Shown here one piece after another: positions 12,401 through 27,400 of a stretch of 64,000 nt of DNA. Origin of the DNA: Styela clava (taxonomy: Eukaryota); assembly GCF_964204865.1 (NCBI RefSeq), contig NC_135262.1:10230001-10294000 (forward strand). Direction: 5' to 3'. Position 1 is the stretch's first letter. Each line of letters starts with the position of its first letter. The translations under genes and the position numbers were made by a program. Below the pieces are notes generated by a model. It was not told the origin of the DNA. It did no database searches and worked only from the letters and a program-made list of their open reading frames with translations.

Positions 12401-15400
12401 ATCCATTCAAGTTTATTGAATATTAATTAATGAAATCTACTAGATTTTTCGAAAATCAAAAATAATGACGTATAACCTCAAACCTTGAAAATAAAAGCGT
12501 ATTTTGACATAAAATCTCACCAAAAGTGGGCCTGTAACATATGAATCTCCGTACGGCATTGGTACCTTCCTGGAACCGACCAATGAATAATCAGTCTGTG
12601 CGATTTGAATTGGCTCATCGTAGGCGACAGCATTGCAGAAAGATTTCTGCAAAAAATACGGAAACATTACAATACAGAAATGAAAGAACGTTTATAGTAC
12701 CCGAGATGGAAACTACGACGAAATATCACTATCCGATTGAAGAGACGTCGTCACCTGTGAAATTTGTTTTCAAATATTGATTTTAAGTTGTGTTTATTTC
12801 ATTGATAAAAAAAAAGACGTAGCTTCAGAATAAAGACAAACTCTAATAACACGGACAAACTCCTAAAGTCCTAGAAATAAGGACAAATTTTGACTATGCA
12901 TGGTACGGCACCCTATCTATACACAATAATCACACTGTATCATTGCGAAAACTTAGTCCTATTGGATGAAGAAGTAAGAAGTTTCTCTGGTGCGAATCGA
13001 ACATTGATTGAAGCCAGTAAGCCGATTCTTAAAGGTATCATTTCGATGTAATTACCATAATAAACTCAGTATCTTCTTTGAATTTGATCTTCGTGTTAGC
13101 TACCAGAGTTGCATCATTGCCAGGCGACAGGAAAATATTATCGAATAGAGATAACATTCTTTCAGCCTGTAAACAATATATATGATAACTCGATATGATA
13201 ACAAATTAAAATCATAAAATTATATCGGTAGCAAACATACCTATAAATCAGTTATGGAAAACTACTCATGGATAGGAGGGGGATTTTTAAACATGTCGTC
13301 ATTTTTTTGCAACAATATAGAACTACTTAAGGGCAATAGATTGTATGTTTCATACTAGTTATGCTTGAAATGGGCTCGTCGTTGGTGGCAATCTATATAT
13401 CCAAGATCAGTGGGGTATTTCGAGGTTGAATTTGGACTTCTCTCTACCTTCTGTACAGTATTATCTTTTTATGCCTGTATAAAGTGCTTTTTTACTAGGC
13501 ACTGTAGAAAATGTGGAAAGCACATATTTTTTCAAACAGTATCTTTAACATTAAAAAAAAAACTAAACAACATTTTTAATGGAAAAAGATGGCACTCGTT
13601 ATTTAATTTATCCCAACCTATCAGAAGCTTACTGACCATATCAACAGGAATCGTGTTTACAGTGGATTCCGTTTCAATTGCTCTACGTCGTCTGCGTGAT
13701 GAAGAATCCGCTGTATATATATATATAATGGATAGTTTAACAGGAAAATGTATTTTTATTTATATGAGCAAAAAAATGGAAATTGTATAAGTGCATCGTC
13801 CCAGGGTGACTAAAAATCAGAACTCATAAATATCTTCATTAATTATATATAAAAATGAATAACATTTATTTAACTCGTTAACTTCTGTTTGTGTATGATT
13901 GTAAACATAAGTTTCAGGAATCTAGGAAACTTTTCATAAAGGTTGTGTTCTCTCTAGAACATGTTCTAAATGACTTTGGTCTTTTTTTTTGTTTTTGCTT
14001 TGGGGTCATCCTGTACTTGGGTGCATTCATTATCAGATTTTTATCTATTCCCAAATTGGCGCTCCAGAAGTGTATGTACCATGGAGGTAACTAATTTTGT
14101 TCGCCTACTTTACATCAAGGTGTGTAAAAGGACTGAGACCTATGGGCATGGGGTATATTCATTTGGCTAACACAGACGATCCCCGAACTCGGAATAGAAC
14201 TGAAAATAGGGAAAATCAAAATAAAATTAAGGCTTAACCCTAACCTGGTACACACACTACGGGAGTACCCTCAAATTCACTTGAGTAAAAAGTAAAAATT
14301 CAAATCTAGACACTAATCTCATTTTACCGAAATTTTTACAATTTTAAAAGTTTGAACTTTTGATAAAAAATGACATGTTGTAAAGTTCACCTTGATCGTA
14401 AAGATCTTTCAAAATTCTGCTTATCACATTCAGAGCAATTTCTTTAGATTCAGATGAAGTAGTTAAATCACCGTCACTAAATGTTGAAATCACGCTCGAT
14501 ACCGATTCCAGAGCGTCTAACGCATCGCTGAAAACAAAACATTACGTCGTAAATCTATATAAAAAGGTCTTGCCCGGAGAAGGAAATCTTATATGATTGC
14601 TTGGTCTCTTGTCCGCTTTGCTGATTTTTCTGAAAAAACCTGAACGCCCAAACCGTCAGTGACTAATTATTTACCTAGAACCTTATACCTATACTAACCC
14701 GCATAAGGTTTCGCGCAAAGTCCTCCCTCGCTCTCAGTGGGGATTGTCGACAATTTTAAATTTTCAGAGTGGGAATTTCATACTTTCAATGGTAATAATA
14801 AAAGTAAAAATTTTTGTCAGAAACTCATACGGCATCAAGTTTACTAAGCGTCCATAACAGTTTATTAGAAGAGGTTTACATACGTCAATGTCTTTGTTAT
14901 CAAAATCGATATCGGAGTCAATATTTTTCGACCCCGGATCTCACAGCTCTGGTTATGCGTGCTTACGTTTCAGATGATGGAGTAAATGAATTCATTTGCT
15001 TTATTGCTGATTCTGCCAAGTCTAGAACTTCTTTCTTTCTGACGTTATCGCCACCAACTGATTTTCCAATAAGAAGAACTTTTGAGAATGTTTCAGATCT
15101 GTCTCCTGCAAAGAAATCAAGTTGTTTGAATATATAAATCGATCGAGGTATAAAGAAGAAAGTAGAGAGACCGAAAAGCAAGAGAGAGAAATAGAAATTA
15201 GAAAAAGGTGGAAGATAAAATGGAGCAGAAAAGAAAAGAAAAAATTAGGGAAGTACGAGATTTGTATCTGGACTCTGATTTGATATCAGATGCGCATAAT
15301 GTTTACCAGTCGATTCTGCTTTTATTCTAATTTCCGACTTCGCTTTTGTAAAGCTAGATACAAACACTCTGCCGTAAAAATTGCGTGATTGCTCGCATAA

Positions 15401-18400
15401 GATCTCTGAGAAATATATAGCCCATAGTGCAGCACTGATTAAAAATAATCGCTTCTAAAAATCAAAGCGAACATCGCCTGACATCCGCGTTTGTATGGTG
15501 GCATGAAACAGAAGAGAAATGTAAAACAAGTTTCTTCACGTACGGCATCGTTTGCCAAGATAATATGACTTTTGCTTTTGATCGCCCATTGTTGCCGCCC
15601 CGACGGAAGAGATACAAAAGCGAGAGACTGTAAATTGAAGTCTCTACAATCTACATACCTGCAACAAGAGCTTGAACGGCTTCGTTTACCATATCCTGTA
15701 CTACTTCTTCATCTACTACAGGACTTCCAGTTGTGTTATCACTTGCAATGGGTAAAACTATGACTTGAGTTATGACGCTACCAATAGTGTTCTTATTTTC
15801 ACCGATTTGAACAAATGAATACAGAACCAGTTTATCACCACGATCTGGGTCACCTGAAAATTTGAGAAAAGTTAAGAACAGGTTCTGAAAAGATTGACTG
15901 GTTATAAATGTTCGGAATTGTCTTGCCGAAAGTCTTGTCATCTCAATTGAGCGTTTCGTTGAATTGCCAGAATTCATCATTGTATCTCTGATACGATTCG
16001 GAGAAAAGGCACCAACATTAATAATAAGAGTGGGGTGAATATGTAGTACCACTTAATAATAGATTACCTGGTGGTAGGTAGGACGATACAGACGAGGAAT
16101 CACTGAACTCTCCTATAGAAGTCAAACTTCTTCTTTTTCCTTCAGCGTTTTTGGTTGTATATGCAAATTTGTACATCAGGGGTTGATTTTCATTACCGCC
16201 AACCCACCCATCAGCTCGTATGTTAAATTTAGTGCTAAGGGCAGTCCCGGAGGAAGGTTCAACCTGAGAAATAAATTGATTTCAGCTGTAATAAAGAACA
16301 AAAAAATTCTAACGAAAAAGAGGAACTCAAAAAATAAAACAGCTGGTTATAGGGAAAAAAAAATCAATGATAGGAGAGTATAAGTGAACAAATGAATACA
16401 CATACCACAATATTTCCACCAGTGGGCAGAGCATCAATAACCTTGACGATTATTTCGGAATATACAGTCATATCTGATTCATCTTTCCCTTCTTCGAGTG
16501 GATGTATGGTAAAATCTGGAACAGCTTCAACTAAAAACTTATAACTCGAACCGGGCTCAAGAACACCTTTTTTCAAAACCAAATCAATTCGGCTTGGCTT
16601 CCTATTGTTTAACAACGAAATATAAATTAGATTTGAAAATTTGATAACGATTATTTAATTAAATAATTAAAATATCGATATTCAAATATTACTCGTTTAT
16701 CTCCAATTCTTTTTGAAGAGTTGTAACAGCCGCGTCAGACAATTCGATGAAGGAATAACCATCTTCTTCAACGCAACTCCAAGTTACTATCATCGTCCAG
16801 GTCTTACGTTCATTCCTGAACGCAACAGTAGAACATGGGAAGATAGAAAGAAAAGCAAAAGCAGTCTGACTTAAAGATCACTTAAAAAAGTAACTGACTT
16901 TCTATTTGATTCAGTAAATTACTGTGGAAAATGAGTTTAGAGAGAAAAAGCACCAAAATGAATTCAAAAATATGACGTTATTGAAATCAAGAGACAAAGA
17001 TCCAAATTCCACTCAAAAGAATGGAATGAGATTTTTCTTTTTCTCTATCTCTCTCTTGTAGTCTAATAACTTCAAGTGATTTCATCAGGAAATTTAGTTT
17101 TAGAATTATGATTATAAACCAGAAGACATTTTTTCTAGCTGTTTTTTAATAATAGAAAGTACGAACGGTTACCTCAGAGTGTCCCGAACCGGAAAGATAT
17201 TTTATTGTTTTGGGGAAGAAAATATTACATTGAATTGAATGTTGTTTTACAGATATTGTTTAGTTATTTAATATTATTGAGATACATAAAACAATTAGAA
17301 CTGTACAAAAGCTTGACTGCGAGTTGCCCGTATACCTAGCTGATAATCTGTTTGTGATTGAACAAATAACAAGAACAGAGCTTCATCGCATAGCGAGGAA
17401 GGAATGAAGAGTTCCATAATAGACAAAGGCAGGTTTTTATCGAAAGAGATTGGGAACTACAGTCTTACCCGGTAATCGTAGCCTTCACTCGCAAAGGTTT
17501 GCTCGGTATAAAAGCTTGGTCGTCAGCAATTGGCCGAGTTCGAATTGTTGGTAAATTATCACTCGCATCTTTGATTCTTATTTTGATGGAAGAAGTTTCT
17601 TCCCGATCACCAGATCGCACCATGAGTGTTATCTTCATACTGAAACAAGATAGAAATTATTAAATACATAGACACGACAGTCGAGTAATAGTACAATAAG
17701 ACCTTAGCAGAGTACTCTAATTCGCTGAAAATATCGGCGGACAAGCGTTGGAATAAATCGTTTCCATATTTCATAAGAAGTGTTCTCATGAATCCAAATA
17801 AAACAGTCAAATTTTTGGTTAAATGCCGGGTCCCATCGAACTCAAAGAAAATTTAAAACAAGTAAAATATCAGTAACAGCGTCCAACCAAGCATTTTAAA
17901 TAAACTTTAAGTTAGGAAAATTTGAATTCAATCAGTTCATCAGTTACACAGAAAATCAATTTTTTACATAAGACAACAACAAAAATTTAACGAAATGTTC
18001 TCTAATTCCACTTCGTGTCAAATAAATTAGATTGAAGAAGAGTGACAGGCGACAGTCTAATAACGAATTAGGTTCAAATATTATTTCATGGAGATTATCA
18101 TACTCAGAAAATTCTTTGAAAAGTTTAGCTGGTATTGTCAAAGTATCTTTGTCTGATGATAAGTAACGAACGAATGCTACTTCTGCAATTTCAACTATAT
18201 CTGTTGCTCCTTCTTTAATAACAAGGCACGGCCCTCCTCCATCCAGCATTTCACAGGACCAAGAATACGTCAAGGTACCTCCATCCGGATCCCTGCTTCT
18301 ACTGTACAATGTCTGAATAGGGGGAAGACGTTTGGTTAAAATTAGAAGTAATAGATTTGGTCAAACTGGTGATGTTCATCAAAATTGCAGTAGGAGTATG

Positions 18401-21400
18401 GTGTACCTTTATATATCTGTCTCAAAGCAAGTGAATGTCATATGTAAGTAGGCTAAGGTGAAACCCTATACAGCGCGCCACCAAAACGTAGGTACTACTA
18501 TCGAGTGACTGAACTGACTGTCCAGTACGCAAACTCGAGATCGTCAATCTGCTATGATAAATGTCTTGACGAAATTATTAGCTTTCGATGAAATGAAAAA
18601 CAAATTTAACTTGTTTTTACCAAGTCTTCGTCGGACATTATGACCGAACCAAAAAGAGATTTAACTTGAGCAATGATTGGAGAACTTGAAACTATGATTG
18701 TAGCCGTCACTGATGCCTCTCCCTGTTTTACATCAGCATCATAATAGATTGCTGAAAAACAGAGAAAAATTAGATGAAAAAGGAAAAGGATTTAGAAGAA
18801 AATTGATAAGCAAAGTAACTCATTACCAGTTGCTTTAATCGTGTAATTTCCTGGTTTTAAAAATCCTGCTGGAAGTTTCAGACTACGTTTTGTAGCCTCA
18901 ATATTTACGTCGGAATCCATTGGTATGGAAATACCATCTGTTGTTTCTGCTTCCCAAATGTAACTCAATGTCATTTCTGCCGCTCTTGATGCAGTCATTT
19001 TAACGGCTGAGGTTGCGCCAATGCAGATGGGTTTCAGAAACTTGCTTTTCAACTGTTGGCATTAAAAATATGAAAAATAAATGATGTTGTAAATTGAAAA
19101 ATATAATTATCCATATTAAATTATTTTATATTGTTTATCAATTCACCTACAATTATTTAATTATGCAAATAAATAGTTTATAATCAAATTTATAAAACAA
19201 CTGACAGCATTTTGGACATAATTTATGACGACTAGTTCTAACACATACTACTAATGACATGTTGTTTCCGTTGATTTAAGGATCATGTAGGCAACTCAAG
19301 TAATTAAGTAATTAGAAAATTATTCAATTAGTCATAAACAGATGACTTTGAGCGTTGTGGTTGAGTTTCTCACTTATTGGGTAAAAATAATGGCCTTAAT
19401 AAAGGTTAGTAGAACTTCCTAACCCTTGATTGCTACGAACTACTGACTCATATAGACTTTCCTAATCATTATTCTGCCTATTTTAATGATTAAATAAAAT
19501 AATTGGACCATTTGTAATTATTTTTCTGAATCCGGGATACATTATTAATTTTGATTAAATTATATAACATAATCACTTAGTAATTAATTAAACGAGAAAG
19601 TAGCAATTTCTAACCTTCAGTGTTATGTCCTGATCAGAAGGCACTTCCAACAATCGATCAGAAATACTCGCTCTAACACTCGAGTAATGTGATCGAATAT
19701 GGAACGATGATTCTGCCGTTTTGCTTTCTAATCCAAAGTAATTTGTTACTTTCACCAAAATGGTGTAGTTTGCACCGGGCTGCAATTTTCCCTGTAATAT
19801 AAAAGTCAAGAATTTCGTGATATCCGGGATATTGATAATGGTTAGAATATGAGGGATTCTAGTCTACAAAACCCTAAGTTTAAAATGTTCGTGAATAAAT
19901 GAAATATGATAATTAGTAGTATATTTACAATACCTATTAGTCAGGATTTGGAGAGGCGAATAACCAGCCATCCCTATTCTGTAACTTTGCGCTGATGGAT
20001 TCGTATAATGCAAGGATGATGTAGCAATAATGTACATGCGACTAATTACAATATTATGAATTTATTAAGCTAAAGAATGTTGGAATATTCAGAATACAAA
20101 ATTTCTCGTACATATAAAAAGTTTCAAAATCTTCTTTTCAGAATCAAAAATTCGTGACATGGCTAAATATTTATCAATAAATAGAGACAAACGGCCTTAC
20201 AAATTTCACCTCGAAATTTTTGAATGATATTCGCTTTCCTCTGGTTCCTTGCGTTTGCTTTGCTAAAAAATCTGTTATCGAATCAGCGGTATTGTTGACA
20301 GGATTTTCCTCAACAACAGCCGACCAGTGAAAAGTCAAAGGCCATAAACCAACATTTGGATAAGCTATAACAATCAAATTGGCTTCCTCACATGGCTCAA
20401 GAACAACTGGTCCTCTGAGGACAACATCAGGCGGTTTCTGGAATCGAAATAGAGAGTAGTGAAGCATGAGTATAAGGAATTGATAATTGATTCATCTATT
20501 TCTAAATTAATTTATTAAAATTCAAATGTGCTTAGATATATCTAAATTCAGGTATATGAAAACAACTAACAGGATGATTAAATTAGTGTCTGAACGTGTT
20601 TTAGGAAAGAACCACGTTTTCTCTATACCAGCACAGTCTATTCTATTTATTATACCAAAGTTAGGTTACCATTTTAAGAGGTTTTAATATCGGCACAGTA
20701 GTTCTTGGGAATGGTTGTGATGCCCCATCTGAAGATCTTGTGGCAATTGTTCCTTCCTTTATCACAATAGCACCAATACTTGAATCTGAAAAAATAATAA
20801 TAATATCAAATCTTTGTATAAAGCATAGGACATACACCAGTTTGGACACCAGTTTTTTCCTTAGAATAGCCAAATACGTTCTAAGAAATTACGTTTACCG
20901 AATATAAATAAACCGATTATTCGATCAATCAATATTTTTATTGGAGAAAAAAATTATAAGGCACGGGGCAGACACCAATGGGTGTTTCCCGCAGCATTGA
21001 CTTCCTTGATTACTTCTGTAGCATTTGCTAATCAGAAAGAAATCAACGGTGACTAACGACAAAAATTTTAGCAGACGCTGAGGCACAGCTAAACTGTCAA
21101 AATCTTCGACATATTTTGTGTGAGACGATTGCGAATAAAGAATTCTCTGGTCAGAAACACGAAATATTTAACCACACAAAAACAAACATATTATCGGCGA
21201 AAGGATTTTTTGTGCTCTGGGAGGGGCTAAACTGAGATCCCATTATGTTTTCCATATTTTTCTAATTTTTTCATTTTCATTGAGTTCCATAACAAAAGTT
21301 GCTAACAACGACAATCGATAATTGTAACCATTTATTCCTTTTGTTAGTATTACTATCTTACGCTTACAAAATACATTATACCACGGTGCTGGTCTTTATT

Positions 21401-24400
21401 ATTAAAAGTAATTATCTCGGTCAGCTAGGATTATTATCGTTTTATAACAATACAATTACGCCATAGCAAATGAGTTTCTATAGATTATATTCTTTAAATT
21501 ATACTTTATATAAAGCCCATAATTCAACTATGACATCACACTGCCTTTATCTTGCCAATTCATTGTGTTCAGGAAACAATTGTTCGCTCACAAATACGAG
21601 TCATATGATTTGTCAAAAAACATTGTTTGACCCTTTTTCCTTGCGGAAATAACTACAAATGTATAATTGTACTATATTTGTTTAATTGACGCAACCAATT
21701 ACGCAAATGTTTTTTTAATACCAAAGCACAAAATGGTATTTGGAGTGATTCTAAAAAAACACATTTTGAATCAGAAGCTTTGTTGTATTCATATTTTAGT
21801 GTACGTTTTCAAATTTTTAACTAGCGACCCTTTAAACCAGTTTTGAAAATTTATTCCAGTTTGTCTGACGTGCTATGAAACATTTTCAGTGGTAATTAAA
21901 CTGGTGTAAAAATAAAACCAGAAAATGTCATCACATTTTACGACATAACGTGTAATTTTACTAAAAAAAATTATTCGGTAAATGAAAAAACAATAGATTA
22001 TTGTGATTTTACCGTTTCTAAATGACATCCCCAAAACGCTGCAAAATTGTAATTTTATCGAAACATATGAATTAAAATATATCATTTTTATGATATAATT
22101 AAATTAAATATCAAATATAATAATTGATAAGCTATTTATAAGAGTGTATATCAGCAGGAAAATTATTCCCATTGTCGTACTTACAATTACAAATTCTTCT
22201 GTATCTAATTTCAATTATCATTCAATCACGATATGACAATTATATTATCATTATATGGAAATTATTTTATCAAATAATTAAATTAATTGTGAAATATAAT
22301 AATTGTAAAGTTAATTTTAACAGTATATTATACTATATATCAACAGGAAAATGATTCCCATTTTTTGTACATTAATTACAATTATCATTCAATCATTACA
22401 TGATAATTAAAATTATATAAATAGTAATTACTTACTATCGGTTGAGCTTCTTCCGCTGGCAGCAATAGCAACAGGTTTCTTTCCTGGTCGTATTATTAAT
22501 TTTGATCCTCTAATCATACACCAAGGCTTTTCTCCCAATAGATCAAGATTTTCCTAAATTAACAGAATGACAATAAACATTTTATATTAGGGTCAAGGTA
22601 ACGCACTCACTCAGAAATAAAATAGTCTGATCTCTGAGTAAAGTTTCGGACGACCACTGAAGTGCCAAGGGCTACTTGACAATTGAATCAGCGGAATTTT
22701 ATTGTGTATGCTCGTTTTTTGTCATTTTCATGGTGTAAATTCCCATACAAATAAGCATATGTAAATTTCTTCGTGCGCCCGAAAATAAAAATTAACTTCA
22801 TGAGTAAAGTAATAGAGATTTCGATTTATTGCCGCTGCAATTTACGGATCAATTGGCGTCTGGACGTGATTACATTGCAGTTGAAAACCTTGCTATTCCA
22901 AATTTCAATTGGTAAATATTACATGGACGTGGCTTTGCCCAAGATATAATCATGGCAGAAATTTTCAAAGAATGAGGGGGGGATTCTGAAACTCTAAAAA
23001 GTGTTTTAAGCTACGACAAATTGCTATGCATAATACAGAAAGATGCTTTGTTTACATTTCAAAAAGGGGGGCGACCCCCAAAACCAACCTCTGGCTACGC
23101 CTCTGGTTATAGCGTTAAATTTCGATTTATTTGTACCGTACGTTACACATTCAAAACGGGTAGAAGAAATCGGTAATAATCGGGTAGACGAAATCGTTGT
23201 ATAGTAAATTTCGACTGTAATTTTACCAACGTTAAAGTATTTGAGCATTTCTTTCTCGTTTTTACTGTGAGTAATTTTTGGTTTTCATATTTTTTTATTG
23301 GTATTTTATTTCAATATGTTTCATATGGGGTATAATATCTATAAACCAATTAAATTTAATTTACAAACCTCAAGAGCAACACATCCCGCACCAGGTCCTA
23401 CTTTTTTGATGAAGCTAATGTCGGTGTCAAAGGTCACGTCAATTTCCGATAAACTTTCACCGAGTCGCGCTTCCAAGATTCCAGGCGCTTTAGCTCTATG
23501 GAAACATATTTTATACTTAATAACGAACAACTAACTTTTATAAATATTAGTTATTTATGATTGGTACTTACCAAGTGTACCTGGCAGAGTTTTGATTTAA
23601 CACAATATTATTACCTGAATTCAAAAGCCAAACCGTCTTCTACGTTACGGGCAATTGCCCAATCAGATGATTTCTCGGCCTCGTATTTAGGAATCACGTG
23701 GATTCGAATTTTCGTTGGTGTCGTCACGTTAGGAAAAGTACATCTGACTTGAGTGTCACTCACATATCTGAAAATGATCAATTGTACAGAATATTTACTT
23801 TTTATATTTGATTACAGTGACAATTTTCGCCCTCCCACAAAAAAAACGCCACTGAGCAAAACAATTAGTAATTAGTAATCATCCAACTAGGGTTAGGCTG
23901 AGGGCTAGGAATGCAAATTGCAAATAATTACTAATTTGGTATTTTAAAACATGGCTGGGTGTTTCTCCCAAATCTCACATTTTTATTGGTAGCGGGGCTT
24001 TGTACAAAAGATCCTAATTTGCATCATCATTTAGAGAGATCAAAAATAGTTTTAGATCTTCTCGGCTGCAAAAAGCTGAGCCTTTGTTATCAAGGAAATT
24101 TGCGCTCGTGACTTTTACATGTATCAGTACTCTTTTCGCTTTTACTTGAGTGCTGAGAACCTCATCTGGTGCCAATTCAAAGATTGGCCAAATCCGGCCC
24201 GTTGGGTAATTCAATCTGGCCCGCATGATGCTGCCACAACCAAACTAAAACCCAATGTTTGATGCTTTTGCTAAAAAATAGATCGAGGAATATGTTGAGA
24301 TCGATATTAAACTTAATTCGGCTTATTGTTTGCTTTGCCACTTTTGCTTTTGTAACACTGTGAATATTGTTTTTAAATTGTAACTTTTTACGTCACACTT

Positions 24401-27400
24401 ACGTGGCCCGCCAGTCTAGGTGGGCAAAAGTTTTGGCCCCTGGTCCAAAAACCTTGACAACCCCTGATAGAATATGTTATATATGACTCACGTTGTTGGC
24501 GTTTTGATAACTTGCAACTTCTTCAGTTTCACTGCAGATTTGGACGAACCATGCGACACGTAGACGTAACGTGGTGCGACGCACATTAGTTCATCTTTAG
24601 ACGGAAAGTCTTCACCTGTGATTGTGACGTCACCGCCACCTTGACTGACTTCAAAGTACAGTGGCTCGATGGATTTCAGTGACCAAGGGTTAAGATCGCG
24701 TACCATGAAGGGAACCATATACCTAGCCGTGCTGGAATATCTAGCAAAAAATAATAAGAAAATGGTGAAATTAGAAAAATTTTGCCGTTATTGAATATAC
24801 ATATATCATATCATGTAATTCAAATACCCGTCTTCGCTTGACGAACACGAAATATTCCATTTAGTAAATTTCACTTCATCCGGAAAAAGAGAAGTTGAAT
24901 TCACCTTGATGGCAATACCGTGAACTATAACAGAAAAAGCGAAAAATGAATAAATTAATGTGAATTTGATAGTAACATACAGTTTTAAAAAATTGAACTG
25001 AGGACTGAATAGTAGGTTTTCTGAAAAAAAAGGAAATGAAGGACTATCACAAACAAGTTCTAACTAGTGAATAAGATATAAATTAGATAGTTCGAGTTCG
25101 AATCCTTGTCATTTCAACGATCCATCTATATTTAAAAAAGGAAGGGGTGAACCAACTCAAAAACAGAACAGAATTCTGTTGATTGCGAAATTGTAAACAG
25201 ACGACAAACCGAATGACATTTGAATACAAGTGAAAGTTATGAAATTTTTCTATTACCTAGGATGAAAGGTTATTTATTGTAGGTGAATGAATGACCTCAT
25301 TAAAACTATTGTGAGTCAATGCACGTACTAAATTGCATAAAATTTGAATGTTTCGACAGTTACAAAATTAGATTATCTTAGATAATCAGAAAATTTAAAT
25401 ATCAGACATACAAGATTATAATTATTTACGTCATACATTTACGTTAACGGTATACGTCTTGCGTCATTAAAACAACAGACGCATACGTTTTACGTCAGAT
25501 ATAAAAGTTGATAGTGGTAAAAAGACTTGTGTTTGTATACGTTCTCAACTTATTGACCTTTTCCGGAAGTTAGTGAAACACGGAAGTAGGGCCTAAAGCG
25601 AAAACGATTTTAGCTTTGTAATACAATATACGCATGTATTAACGCAATGCCCCTATAGAATGAATTTTTGCATTTTGTATACACTATACATCCAAACATA
25701 ATAAGCATACGAATAACGTTTTCAATTGGCCTGGGAAGTGAGCGAATTGAGTTGGAGTTTCTCGCTTTCCGGGTACTGAAGTTGGATCCAGAGTCGTGGT
25801 TTCAAATTTTCAAATAGCTAGAGTAAAAATAGTTGAATTCCCGGAGACCGGAGTATCATGTCATTGTCGGAGTCGGAATTGTTAACGAAAACTTACAAGA
25901 ACACTGAAGTTTTTAGGGTTTAAATTTTGTCATTCTGGAACTGTGAGCTGTAGTCGGAGTCAAAATTTTTGTGAATCCGTATGAAATATGGAGTCAAAAT
26001 TCATTAGTATTATGTCAGAGTCGAAATTTTAGTCATTCAAAAGTGAAAGTCAGTTACCAGATTTTTCAACAAAAACTTATATCAACACCAAAGATTTTAT
26101 AGTCCAAATTTTGTCATTTCGGAACTGTGACCTGAATTTTCTGCAAATCCGGACTAAACCATATCCGACTGATTACTACTTCAACTTACCTGTTTTACCA
26201 TCGTCCTTTTTAACACTGATGGTTCTTTGTTCTCTGGTGATCGCATATTCACCTAGTTGTACGACTTTACCGTTTTGTACTAGTTGGTGCAAAGAGCATG
26301 TAGCCTTTTCGTAAGTGTCAAAATAACCCGTTATTGCAAACTTTATGACGTCATCAATTTTGCGAACGACCAAAACTGGAGGAATTGTCCCGTCTATCAA
26401 ATAGACTTTACCACACCCTGTTACCGAAAAAGTTGATATCAGTTCAGATTTAGGATAACATTGTAAATGTAACGTTAGACTTGGATGCCAGTTCCCTAGC
26501 GTTTATCTGTGATATAGAGTTTATGATGAGTGCAGTTTCACATTTGTAAGTTCAGCAGGTACTAATATACAACCTCGAGCTTTTGCTCATATTTTCAACT
26601 CTCATATTATGACATGTTACATATACTGTAACCCCATAGCAAAATAGTGATTTTACGACATAAAAATGATCTGATAATTGTACAACAAAATGATATCACT
26701 TGCGTGATTCAAAACTGAAAATAAAAAATAAAACGAAAAAACTAATGAAAGGCATTTTTTAAATACCTTTATCAAAAGTTGTATCGTTTTCAAGTTTACA
26801 GTCTCCACATCTATCCAGTTTTTTCGGGCTGTTTAAGATTCCATCACAACCAATACATTTGGTATTATCTCCGCCACAAACACCACACTTGTCAATAATT
26901 TTGGTTTTATCAACCAAGACTTCAGCCAAACTACGGTTTTCAAATCGACAAGCGCCACATCTGAAAACAATAAAAACATGCAAAATTTGAAATCATTATT
27001 AAGGAATTTGTATATTGCCGTATAAAATATTTTTATGAATGTAAACGGGGGCTGATAAATTAATTTTTATATTTCAGTGTTTTCAATGAACTTTTTGTTT
27101 ATTTAACCTTACAGCACACATGTCGTACACATGCTTCGTTGTTGTTGTTGTTGAGAGAAATTAATTTTATCCAAGGCTATGGCCCAAACAATTTCACATT
27201 TTCAAAATTAAAGAAAACATAAGACTTAAATTTTTCTGTTTTATGCTAATTCATGGGAACGTTTTTTATTATAAATATGGGAACACTATACTACGCGCCA
27301 AGCTTGTCCGCCTACGTCACGCTGTCCCTCGATGTTTTAGAAAATTCAGTTCTCAGCTACCGGTAGCGACGCGCTACATTTATATTTCAGAGTTGTTGTC

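Noticed and set aside
12701-12754. Exon-like segment with AG/GT boundaries in the receptor gene
   Set aside because: Contains a stop codon in the required frame, and the flanking exons join in phase without it.
14235-14246. TAACCCTAACC telomere-like motif (also TAGGGTTAGG near 23888)
   Set aside because: Only one or two units, embedded in short interspersed repeats; not an interstitial telomeric array.
23572-23580. Possible 9-nt microexon (CAG-GTACACTTG-GTAAGT on the - strand)
   Set aside because: The upstream intron would be only about 34 nt, and inclusion creates an in-frame TGA.
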